Shown here: piece after piece, positions 29,700 to 38,320 of the stretch | Position numbering within the stretch: the stretch's first letter is position 1 | Layout: every line of letters starts with the position of its first letter | Assembly: GCA_038740425.1 (NCBI GenBank) | Contig: JAVYLV010000004.1 | Location: forward strand, 1 to 41,039 | DNA from: Thermoplasmatota archaeon | GTDB lineage: Archaea; Thermoplasmatota; E2; DHVEG-1 | Direction: 5' to 3' | DNA: 41,039 nucleotides | Notes under the pieces: model-generated | Seen by the model: the letters and a program-made list of their open reading frames with translations, nothing else | Databases searched by the model: none | Told to the model about the DNA's origin: nothing | Translations under genes and position numbers: made by a program

Positions 29700-29799
29700 G
29701 ACTGTTATTACTATGATTGACAGAGATTTTGATCAAGAATCGAACCATAATGCTGGTGACATTCTTACATCGTTTCTTACCTATCTCAAAAATTAATCT

Positions 29800-32214
29800 T
29801 TAAATAATGAACACACCATCTTCAGAAATAAATCCTGTTTCCATATCATACTTTCTTTGTAGATCTGATTGAGGAATGTATCCCATTCCATTTATATTAC
29901 AAATATTTCCTACTTTTTTACTCGAAACAGATACAACATAACTATAAAATTTTGTCTTAATTTTAAGAAATTTTTCATGTCTTTTTTTAATGTTCTCTTT
30001 CATTATCCTATCAAATTTTTTCCATATTTTTTTAGCATCTTCATCAAATTCAATGAATACATCAATTTTTTCATAATCCTCTTCAATAAGTTTAAAATCT
30101 CCAGTTTCTTTGAATGCAAGTTTATAGAGATGTTCAAGAATTTTTTTAGATTCGTCATCACTTGAATATTGTTTAATCTTTGAAAAATATTTATTATTAA
30201 TTTTGAGGAAATCTATTTCTTCTATCTTTTTTCTTCCATTAAAAACTTCTTTTGTTTTGTTCATTAAAAAACCGTCATAGATATATTTACAAAAAAGTCT
30301 ATTAGTTTTTGAATCTTTCAATAAAAAAACATTTACTTCGCCTTTCGCCTTTCTTCGATAATTACGGTTACATCTTCCAGCAATTTGATTAATCGAATCG
30401 AGGGGAGAAAAATCCCTATAAATTATATCTACATCGATATCGACACCCGCCTCGATTAGTTGAGTAGATACAATAATCTTTCTTTTTCTCCGATTTTTTT
30501 TAATTTGTTTAATTCTTTCCAAACGGTGAAGAGGGATAACGTTAGTAGATAAATAGAAAAATTCATTTGTATTGTTCTTGAGATTTTCTTTTAAAAATTT
30601 AAATACTTCCTTTGACGAATCAATTGTGTTCATAACAATCAAAAAATTCTTATTGCATTTACTTCTTATATCTTTTAGTAGAATTTTTTCAAAATTTTCT
30701 AAAGAATACTCTTTGTTAATCATGAGATTAAGATTGACCCTGTTAAATTCTTTGAAATATTTTTCTTTGTTATTTACAAGTGATTTGATTTCCCCTTTTG
30801 ACTCGTCAAAAATCATAGGTTCAGTTGCAGTAATAAGTACAAAATATGTGTTGAAATAATTCGAAAAGAAAGTTATTATCTCGTTCAATAGATACCAATA
30901 TTTATGTGGAATTGTTTGGATTTCATCGAGCAATACAATAGAATTTACAATGCGATGAAACTTCCTCAAAGATCGGTTTTTATTTGATATTAGAGTATGA
31001 AATAATTGAATAAATGAGGTTACAACTATCTCAGAGTTCCACCCTTCAATTAAAAATTGACTCTCATCCATATTTATTTCGTCATCCGTGCCATTATAGA
31101 AAATTTCTGAGAGATGGTGATGTTTCAGTAAAACATTCGAGGGTATATCTTTGTTGTATTCTATTGATAACACATCGTCAAAAATTTTATGGTTCTGATC
31201 AATGATACTTAAAAATGGTAGTGAATATATTATCCTCGGTGTGAATCCGTGTTCTTTTTTAATTCTCTCTCGCAACTTCAGAGCAAATGATAAGGAAGTA
31301 AGAGTTTTTCCGGTTCCAGTTGGAACGTTTAGAGAAAAAATTTTATCTTCGAGAGAAAGTTGTCCAACTCGTGTATTGACTTCATTATATATTTCATCGC
31401 GTATTCTGTTGATTTTTGTATATGACTTACTAAATGTAATTGTCTTATACCTATCTGTAATGTTTGATGAAATATCTTCTGCTCGTTCAATAATAGCGAG
31501 GTTCATTGCTTCAGTTTTATCTGAATCAATTAAAATTGAATATAGCAACAAAACAATAAAATAGAATGATACTTTCTTCATATTCTTGAGTTGTAACAGA
31601 TTATCATATTCCCCATCAATCTCCTGTAATATCTTTGAAAAATTATTTTTAAACTCAGTAAAAGAAAGGAAATCCAGAGTTAATTCTTGCAGGAGGGGTT
31701 TTATTGCTTCTTCATCGATTGATTCTAATTGTGAATCTAATACGGTTCTAAATTTTTTGTCTCTCAAATATTCATGAATATCATTGACTTCTTCTAAAGA
31801 ATTGCCGAGATTTCCATGATGTCTCTTTACCACCAAGAACGACAATATCGGCAAATAAGAATAGTATTTTTCACGGATCTTGTTTTGTTCTAAAAATTTT
31901 TTAATTGCATAGTACGTGAAAATTGCTGAAAATAGCCCATGTTTAGTTTCAGGTAATGCTTTCATTTTATCTCTTTCAATCTCATCTTTTTCTTTTAAAT
32001 ATTGTTGAAAATATTTTGTAGTTTTTCCAAAATCGTGAGTGATGCCCATTAAATAAACAATGTTAGACAAAATTTCTTGATCTGGAAAATCAGAAAATTT
32101 AATTTTTTTAGTTTCCATTAAACTTTTACAATTATTAGCAACTCTAGAAAGATGCACATTCAACGGTTTTTTTGGGTGAGATAAAAGTTTAGAAGGGGAT
32201 AACTTTTGTTCCAT
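29800..32214 (-). CDS. cas3: Cas3 HD nuclease-helicase
   Basis: SHP..L..HL, HDFGK, HHG HD motifs; PTGTGKT, DEIQ, TAT, STQLIEAGVDID, QIAGRCNR; start probably ATG 32214. Confidence 0.96.
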   Translation of the reverse strand: MEQKLSPSKLLSHPKKPLNVHLSRVANNCKSLMETKKIKFSDFPDQEILSNIVYLMGITHDFGKTTKYFQQYLKEKDEIERDKMKALPETKHGLFSAIFTYYAIKKFLEQNKIREKYYSYLPILSFLVVKRHHGNLGNSLEEVNDIHEYLRDKKFRTVLDSQLESIDEEAIKPLLQELTLDFLSFTEFKNNFSKILQEIDGEYDNLLQLKNMKKVSFYFIVLLLYSILIDSDKTEAMNLAIIERAEDISSNITDRYKTITFSKSYTKINRIRDEIYNEVNTRVGQLSLEDKIFSLNVPTGTGKTLTSLSFALKLRERIKKEHGFTPRIIYSLPFLSIIDQNHKIFDDVLSIEYNKDIPSNVLLKHHHLSEIFYNGTDDEINMDESQFLIEGWNSEIVVTSFIQLFHTLISNKNRSLRKFHRIVNSIVLLDEIQTIPHKYWYLLNEIITFFSNYFNTYFVLITATEPMIFDESKGEIKSLVNNKEKYFKEFNRVNLNLMINKEYSLENFEKILLKDIRSKCNKNFLIVMNTIDSSKEVFKFLKENLKNNTNEFFYLSTNVIPLHRLERIKQIKKNRRKRKIIVSTQLIEAGVDIDVDIIYRDFSPLDSINQIAGRCNRNYRRKAKGEVNVFLLKDSKTNRLFCKYIYDGFLMNKTKEVFNGRKKIEEIDFLKINNKYFSKIKQYSSDDESKKILEHLYKLAFKETGDFKLIEEDYEKIDVFIEFDEDAKKIWKKFDRIMKENIKKRHEKFLKIKTKFYSYVVSVSSKKVGNICNINGMGYIPQSDLQRKYDMETGFISEDGVFII

Positions 32215-32926
32215 CTTCGATCTCCAGATATGTTTCTGGGAAGGCTTCGATAGGGCGCCCTTCTTCCTCAAGTAATACTTCGAGATACTCCTCAACTTCA
32301 CGATAAGTTTTCATAATCGATGGCAAAGTTTCTAAAGAATATTTCTTTTTTTCTTCTGGATGTATTTTTGCTATTATTTTTCCCGAGGATGAGCTTTTTA
32401 TTGGAATGACTGAGTGTATAAAGACATAATCTGTTGGTGTACTTTGTTTTGCGTTATATTCTCCAATATACCTAAAATTACAAATTAATTCGCTCAAACC
32501 CAATGATGGGGTATAGACTGATTTATGTTCATTCAGAAACTTTTTTACTCGGTGATAAAAAGAGACGTCATTGTGAGAAAAATATACTCTATATTTAGGA
32601 TTTTTCAAAAATTCAAAATTAATTAGAGTATGTTGTTTGAAATAATTCATCATCTGGGGAGAGATAAGATGTTCACTTTTTGTGCTAATAAGACTCAATG
32701 TAATTCTTGTTTTTTTTATAGGATTTAAAATTTGGAGAGCTATCGTTGATTTATTTTTAGTAAAAAATTCTTGATATGTTTCTCTCGATAAACCGACAAT
32801 TGCTGAAATTAATCCTGCTACTGTTGTTCTGGGAGGTATAGAATGGGTCAGGGGGGATGTTGTAGTATAACGTTTTTTAAAGTGGGCATAATCTCCCCAA
32901 ACATCAAATACAAGAACTTTCATCAA
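32189..32926 (-). CDS. cas5: type I-B Cas5 (Cas5h-like)
   Basis: FDVWGDYAHFK..YTTTSPLT..IPPRTTVAGLISAIVG; YTPSLG. Confidence 0.94.
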   Translation of the reverse strand: MMKVLVFDVWGDYAHFKKRYTTTSPLTHSIPPRTTVAGLISAIVGLSRETYQEFFTKNKSTIALQILNPIKKTRITLSLISTKSEHLISPQMMNYFKQHTLINFEFLKNPKYRVYFSHNDVSFYHRVKKFLNEHKSVYTPSLGLSELICNFRYIGEYNAKQSTPTDYVFIHSVIPIKSSSSGKIIAKIHPEEKKKYSLETLPSIMKTYREVEEYLEVLLEEEGRPIEAFPETYLEIEDGTKVIPF

Positions 32927-32934
32927 TGTGCACC

Positions 32935-33861
32935 TTATATGGACAGCTCGCGACCCTTAATCCCCACTTTTTTCAAGATTTCTGTAAATATTAATTTTTT
33001 ACCATCTGCCGACAATTGCATCCTTTCATCGATCTTGTAGTTGACTAAAGAGATCGCTTCCTTGTATTTTTTAAGAGTACCTGTAAACATATTCATGTCC
33101 AATGTCAGTTCTGAGATGTCTCGTACTTTTTCATCTGGCATGTCACTAGTGTATTTTATTAATTTGTCAAGATCTCCTATATGAAAATTATTTTTCTTAT
33201 AATCGACTTTCAATAAAACTCGCGGTGTATGGCTCATTTTAGATCTCGAAATAAGATTTTTTGTTCCATTCCACATTCCCTCGAGCAGAAGATCGACATC
33301 TGCCTCTGTAAGATTAGTTTCCTCAGCAGCATTTTCGTTGATTATTCCATAGAAACATATTAGCGAAAACGGTAATATCCATTCTTCTCGGAACGATTTC
33401 TGTCTCTTTTCTTCACCGGAGGCAAAAGCACCGGTTCCCTTGATATATTTTAGTTCGACTTTATTGAGTGATCTTCCCATTTTAAACTGTACAGGACCAG
33501 TAAATGTTATGGAGCTTTCTTTTGCCTTTCCTGTCGAGATTGGAATTGTTCCTCCAAAAAGTCTGACGTCAATGCAAGTACTAATAATCTTTTTAGGATT
33601 ATTTTGAAAATCTTTTGCTCTTGTTTTAGCATCCTGGATGTTTCCCTGTTTATCTTCGATTTTTCGTACAAAAATTTCTTTCTTCTTAAATTTATAAAGA
33701 TAGTCTCTGATTGTTCTTTTTAGTCTTACATCGGTTACAATATTTACTCCTGTTTCTTCGTCAATTCTTGGTTTATTTTCGTCTGCTGGGTCTCCATTTG
33801 GATTAGCATCTTTTACATCGTATAGAAATATTAGTTCTGATCTATTTTCTATCTTATTCAT
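32935..33861 (-). CDS. cas7: type I-B Cas7 (Csh2-like)
   Basis: NRSELIFLYD..DANPNGDP..ENKPRID, TDVRLKRTIRDY, DVRLFG, TGPVQF. Confidence 0.95.
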   Translation of the reverse strand: MNKIENRSELIFLYDVKDANPNGDPADENKPRIDEETGVNIVTDVRLKRTIRDYLYKFKKKEIFVRKIEDKQGNIQDAKTRAKDFQNNPKKIISTCIDVRLFGGTIPISTGKAKESSITFTGPVQFKMGRSLNKVELKYIKGTGAFASGEEKRQKSFREEWILPFSLICFYGIINENAAEETNLTEADVDLLLEGMWNGTKNLISRSKMSHTPRVLLKVDYKKNNFHIGDLDKLIKYTSDMPDEKVRDISELTLDMNMFTGTLKKYKEAISLVNYKIDERMQLSADGKKLIFTEILKKVGIKGRELSI

Positions 33862-35686
33862 TTTCTACTCCTCCTTCTTTTTTCTCAAATTTAAATAACT
33901 CAACTAAATTCATTCCAAGGACAAAATAAAAACTTATTTCATCATTACTCAAATCCCAATTTTTACCCGATGAAATAAAATATTCTGAAATTCGTTTTTC
34001 CAACTTTTTATAATAGTTTTTATCATATTCTTCTAATTTTCCTTGAATAGCTGACAATAAATTTTTAACTTTTTTTTCATCCAACTTTAAGCCATTTAAT
34101 TTTTTAATGAAAGGTTTCGAACCTCTATCTTCAAGCTGAATATTCAGGAGTTTCTGAGCTAAGACTCCCTCCAAAAAAATAGCTTTTTTAGCATTCGAAT
34201 CAAAAAAATCACTGAATTCCACAAATATTTTATCCACAATCTTATTAATATTATCAGTGTTTTTGTTTAATATTTCCGATGGCGATTTTTTCATAATTTT
34301 TTTCCCTCCAAAGTTATACAATATACCTAATTTATTAGTATAAATAAAGAGCAATAGACCCCCAAGAGTTAAATCTTTTGTGCTCCATCCATTAACAAAA
34401 TTTTTTCTTATTCGCCTAACGAGAAAATCCAGAATAAGCTCGTAATCAATATTATGACCAACAAAAATCTTTTCGATCGTGTCAAGATAATATCTTTGAG
34501 ATATTTCTTTTTTTTCCTGTGACTTAACAAAAATATTATATACGATTTCAAAATTAAATTTCAAATTATTCTTCTCAAATAATTCGATTCGATCCACTTC
34601 TTTTTTTATCTCGTATAATTTTTTAAGCCTTGATGGAAGAATTTCGTTTATATGCAATAGAATTTTTAATTCCTTTTTTTGTGGTCGGTCATAGAATAAA
34701 AAATCCAATGCAAAGATATCCTTTTCTTTGCTAATAATCTCAAGTATCCTATCCTCTTTATTAGTTAGATCACCGACCCAACCTGTTTTATGGGTAGAGA
34801 AAGATGGATCTATAGCATATGCTTCAAATTGGTCAAGGATTTTATCATACGTTTGATAGTCAGTTGAAAAAAGAAATTTTGGAATTAGATAGTACTTTAA
34901 TCCACCGTAAAAATTTAAATTTAATTTGTCTTCGATATATCTCCTTCCTGCCTCCAGTTTAAGAGCACACTCAGGACACACAGGATAGAGTTTCCAGGCA
35001 TTTTCTTGGTTAAATTGGGGTGCAAAACCAGGTTTATCTAATGTATAGAATGGAAAGATATCTGAAGTAAAACCATAAACCTCCATGGCTGTTTTAAAAC
35101 ATAAACTACAAATAGTTTCTTTGCCAAGTGACGTACAACCGTATTTTAAATAATAATTTAGTGTAGATCGATGTATTAAAGCTGTTTTAAATATTTCAAA
35201 ATCACCAATATATTTACCTCCATTTTCATTAAATTTAATGGTCAGTAAAATTCCTTGCTTTTGCTCTTTGGAATCCAAATCTGATAAGCTTTTTTTAATA
35301 TCATTAAGTATTTTTAATTGATTTTTTTCAAGTGCGTTTTTAATTTTTATAAATTCTTCTGTATTTGATATCCCTAAAGTTCCGAGGTTATTCTCCGAAA
35401 ACCAATAAAGAAATTTTTTATTATACGTTTTTTTTAAATCTGTTACTATTGAAGATGGTGTAACATTTGCACCTTGTGATGCGCCTCTACGATAAAGATA
35501 TCGATCTTTATTTCTTTCTTGATATTCTTCCAATTCTACCTTCTCATATTTATAATCGTCTGATCTTTTTCTAAGAACCACACTTAAAACATATTTAGTT
35601 TCTGGATTTTCTACAAGTATTGATAAAGGCTTTTTTCTTTCTTTATGAATTAAATATTCCCCAAGCTCAGAGATAGCTTTCATCAT
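33854..35686 (-). CDS. cas8b: type I-B Cas8b (Csh1/TM1802-like)
   Basis: CSLC...FYTLDKPGF...YPVCPEC zinc motif; C-terminal FLEGVLAQKLLNIQ and FYFVLGM; position between cas6 and cas7. Confidence 0.9.
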   Translation of the reverse strand: MMKAISELGEYLIHKERKKPLSILVENPETKYVLSVVLRKRSDDYKYEKVELEEYQERNKDRYLYRRGASQGANVTPSSIVTDLKKTYNKKFLYWFSENNLGTLGISNTEEFIKIKNALEKNQLKILNDIKKSLSDLDSKEQKQGILLTIKFNENGGKYIGDFEIFKTALIHRSTLNYYLKYGCTSLGKETICSLCFKTAMEVYGFTSDIFPFYTLDKPGFAPQFNQENAWKLYPVCPECALKLEAGRRYIEDKLNLNFYGGLKYYLIPKFLFSTDYQTYDKILDQFEAYAIDPSFSTHKTGWVGDLTNKEDRILEIISKEKDIFALDFLFYDRPQKKELKILLHINEILPSRLKKLYEIKKEVDRIELFEKNNLKFNFEIVYNIFVKSQEKKEISQRYYLDTIEKIFVGHNIDYELILDFLVRRIRKNFVNGWSTKDLTLGGLLLFIYTNKLGILYNFGGKKIMKKSPSEILNKNTDNINKIVDKIFVEFSDFFDSNAKKAIFLEGVLAQKLLNIQLEDRGSKPFIKKLNGLKLDEKKVKNLLSAIQGKLEEYDKNYYKKLEKRISEYFISSGKNWDLSNDEISFYFVLGMNLVELFKFEKKEGGVENE

Positions 35687-35695
35687 ATTACTACA

Positions 35696-36421
35696 TCACT
35701 TTTTTATGGGATTCACAAACCCAAATCCTAGGCTGTTTTTCTCCCCAAGACCACAATCCATGACAAACTGATAAAACTTTCTATTTTCCTTATTTATATC
35801 AAATTTTTCTAACACACTCCAGACACTTCCTATGAAAATAAAATCTTTTCCCTCTTTATAATCCTTCACCACGACTTCCTTTTTAAATATTAACCGATCA
35901 AAGATATGTTCATTGAGACTAAAATTCTCTCCATAAAACGCGTTGTATTTTTTCACTGCATTTTCTTTCAAGCGCTCCAAGAAAAAATCAAGATTACCGT
36001 CTCGTTCAAAAGAATAATATTCATTGGTTCTATTATCTTTGTACAATACAATTGGGCTACCAGAAATAAAACGATTTTTCATGTTCAAATGAATTCTTTT
36101 TACATCTGCTATTGTAAAATCATTCCCTTTTAGTCTTATAGTATCTCTTGTTTTCAAGGATTCCCAGAGCGTTTCGATAAACTGTTCATTTGGTGACGCT
36201 ACCAAAAGATTCTTTGAAACATTCTTCTGAAAATCACCCACAGGAAAAATATCAGAAAAAGTAAAAAATTTAAACCGAAAAGAATCATGATACTCCCGTA
36301 ATTCTGTATTCTTTAGCAATGAGTAGATCATCCCCTGAATTGCATGTTTGTTCATGTACTCATATGAGCAATTACAGGTGGATTTTAAAGTGAGTAACAA
36401 ACGCATGATATTCCTCATCAA
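35696..36421 (-). CDS. cas6: Cas6 endoribonuclease
   Basis: YH...FKFFTFS, SPIV, C-terminal GLGEKNSLGFG loop; start may be ATG 36406. Confidence 0.95.
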   Translation of the reverse strand: MMRNIMRLLLTLKSTCNCSYEYMNKHAIQGMIYSLLKNTELREYHDSFRFKFFTFSDIFPVGDFQKNVSKNLLVASPNEQFIETLWESLKTRDTIRLKGNDFTIADVKRIHLNMKNRFISGSPIVLYKDNRTNEYYSFERDGNLDFFLERLKENAVKKYNAFYGENFSLNEHIFDRLIFKKEVVVKDYKEGKDFIFIGSVWSVLEKFDINKENRKFYQFVMDCGLGEKNSLGFGFVNPIKK

Positions 36422-36490
36422 CCTAATTTAAATATCGTTGAGATAACGTCGGTTTTTTTTTTACGAATTTTCATTACTTTTTTATGATAT

Positions 36491-36676
36491 CTATAATTTT
36501 CTTTTCTTCATTTCAGATGTAACTGTCAATTCCTTCAGGTAGTTAGCAATAGCTGTTTTAACGATATCACTTCTGCTGCTCCCCTGTCCGATCTCTATTG
36601 CAACGTCAATTCCTTCTATCATGTTTTTAGGAAGCCTCATATTGATTGGAACCGTGTCAGTTCTTTTTATAGGCAT
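36491..36676 (-). CDS. small ribbon-helix-helix protein
   Basis: INMRLPKNMIEGID...SSRSDIVKTAI pattern; divergent from the integrase remnant. Confidence 0.8.
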   Translation of the reverse strand: MPIKRTDTVPINMRLPKNMIEGIDVAIEIGQGSSRSDIVKTAIANYLKELTVTSEMKKRKL

Positions 36677-36740
36677 AATACTATCAAATGTATATCAAAA
36701 GCAAAGTATATAAATATATGGTGTATTACATGTAAAGTAA

Positions 36741-37860
36741 ATGAAAAGTTATAACTATATCTAACAAACCCTACTTTGTATCAAACTCAAATCTCACTAA
36801 TTCATACCAGGAGTTGGTAGGAAGTAACAACCAAGAATGGGAACAACTCAAAGAAAAAATATTCAGAAAACACGGAGAAAAGCTATCCATACTGGATGGA
36901 AAAGACATGGAGGATGCAACCGAAATGAACCACAACAACTTAAGAGAACAGATTTTCTCATAACTTTGCAACAAGGCAAAGCATCATTCAGAGGCGTTAT
37001 ACTTCACGCACCTCAGGCAGCGACTCTCCAGATCAAACATAGAGTAGCACCTCGGATACGCACGATACATGGAACTCCACGATGTTCCAGTGGATTTCAG
37101 AAACCCAACCTATGAAACCACCATCAGACACATGGGCTATACCGCGAGCAAACAGGCGCAGGCTACATAGCACTCAGACGCGAATGACGCAATGAAGATA
37201 TTTCTGAGAGCCTATGGTATCCCAGAATGGAACTACAAACCAACAAGCAAAAGAACACCAAAACCAAGAAATCTCTTGCTCCCAGAAAAAGTCTATAACA
37301 TGATGAATTATACCTACTCAAATGACGATTATTAAAACGCACTCTATCAGTATCTTTTCGCCTTTGGTTTCGCCATCGGATGGAGAGCACACAGCGAAAT
37401 CTGCGAGATGATACTTGATGATGTCATCATCGATGACAACCAAACAGGATTCATTATCATCACCTAAACTAAGAAATCAAAGAAGACACGAAAAATCACA
37501 CCACAAAAACTAGGACAACGACTCAGTGAACACGAAAAACGTATCTGGCCTAATTTTCAACCCTATGACATTAGACGATGGTGTACCATTGCTAGATTGA
37601 TTGAAACCAAAATTGAACATGGAAAATTAGATGAATTCGAAGTCTGCAACTGGCTTGTACATGATGATGTCAAAACCACAATGAGCTACATCAAAGATGC
37701 AAAACAACTAAGATCGTGCCCCGTATAATTGGTTAAAACATGTCCTTAAATTTCACATAAAAAGGAAAGAGGACAACACGCTAAACCAAGATAACCCTGT
37801 TTTATCCTATTTCGACTGAAAACTACAGGAGTAACAAAGTATGGGAGCACTGGGATTTGA
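36741..37860 (+). pseudogene. decayed tyrosine recombinase/integrase
   Basis: Frame from 37192 with stops at 37333 and 37465 shows GWRAHSE (R, 37384), PYDIRRW (37561) and WLVHDDVKTTMSY (Tyr 37687); several further stops and frameshifts; 5' boundary approximate. Confidence 0.85.
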
Positions 37861-37982
37861 ACCCAGATCGGCGGGTCTCTTCTTGGGTCATCGCTCCAGT
37901 TATTCATCATATCTCAGATGACCCTCTTTTAATCATTCCCGTAACTGGAGCCCGCAATGATGCCGGGTTACACCATGCTCCC
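37842..37982 (-). tRNA. trnW: tRNA-Trp(CCA) with 68-nt intron at 37/38
   Basis: Acceptor GGGAGCA/TGCTCCC, anticodon stem GCGGG/CCCGC with CT-CCA-G|A, T arm CTGGG-TTCAAAT-CCCAG; intron 37877-37944; CCA end not encoded. Confidence 0.95.
37877..37944 (-). ncRNA. intron-encoded box C/D guide sRNA
   Basis: GGG-A-AUGAUUA(C)-12 nt-CUGA(D')-GAU-AUGAUGA(C')-12 nt-AUGA(D)-CCC; D guide UAACUGGAGC pairs with GCUCCAGUUA, placing the fifth nucleotide on C34. Confidence 0.88.
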
Positions 37983-38006
37983 AGAAGGTAACATAATTCA
38001 AATTTT

Positions 38007-38108
38007 CTACTTGTTCTTACGGGCTCTTTTTTCTCTTCGCATACGTTTCTTACGCCATTTCCATCGCATTTTCCTTCTTTTTTTCCAGTCTCGTGAACTA
38101 CGTTTCAT
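38007..38108 (-). CDS. rpl41e: ribosomal protein eL41 (eS32), 33 aa; not in ORF track
   Basis: MKRSSRDWKKRRKMRWKWRKKRMRREKRARKNK, containing the MRxKWRKKRMRR.KR.R signature. Confidence 0.9.
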   Translation of the reverse strand: MKRSSRDWKKRRKMRWKWRKKRMRREKRARKNK

Positions 38109-38320
38109 CTTCTCTGATTCCCTTTTTGTAGTTTTGTAATATTTTATGTTTTACAGGGGGACAAATGAAATAGTTATATTTAATAGTTTACGTAAGAATG
38201 ATTAACTGATCTAGAGATACCATCCGTTCAGAGTTTTTGAGATAGATCATATACAGATCAGTGGCTGAGTTATTTGGGGGAATACTCTAATATATAGCGT
38301 ATAGTATTCAGTGTCTTTGT

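Larger units (their letters stand above)
23977..37842. mobile_element. putative degenerate integrative island carrying CRISPR-Cas, at the tRNA-Trp 3' end
   Basis: Integrase remnant abutting the tRNA 3' end; defence cargo; flanked by housekeeping genes; cas genes have long A/T runs unlike the flanks (by eye). No second att copy found, so the left boundary is inferred. Confidence 0.5.

Noticed and set aside
29700-29799. Possible CreTA-like mini-array or tRNA-like element (GGTTCGATTC on the minus strand; TTTGAG...GAAAC)
   Set aside because: The T-stem does not pair, there is no D arm or variable loop, similarity to the repeat is only a few bases and no matching promoter target was seen. The cas6-cas8b gap is only 9 bp, so no CreTA fits there.
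36771-37390. ORFs 36771-36974, 36837-37115 and 37163-37390
   Set aside because: Antisense or out-of-frame fragments of the integrase pseudogene.
23977-37842. Second att copy (duplicate tRNA-Trp 3' end)
   Set aside because: No TGGGAGCACTGGGATTTGAACC-like sequence seen elsewhere by eye; the island boundary stays inferred.
37957-38139. 60-aa plus-strand ORF
   Set aside because: Antisense to eL41 and the tRNA 5' end.
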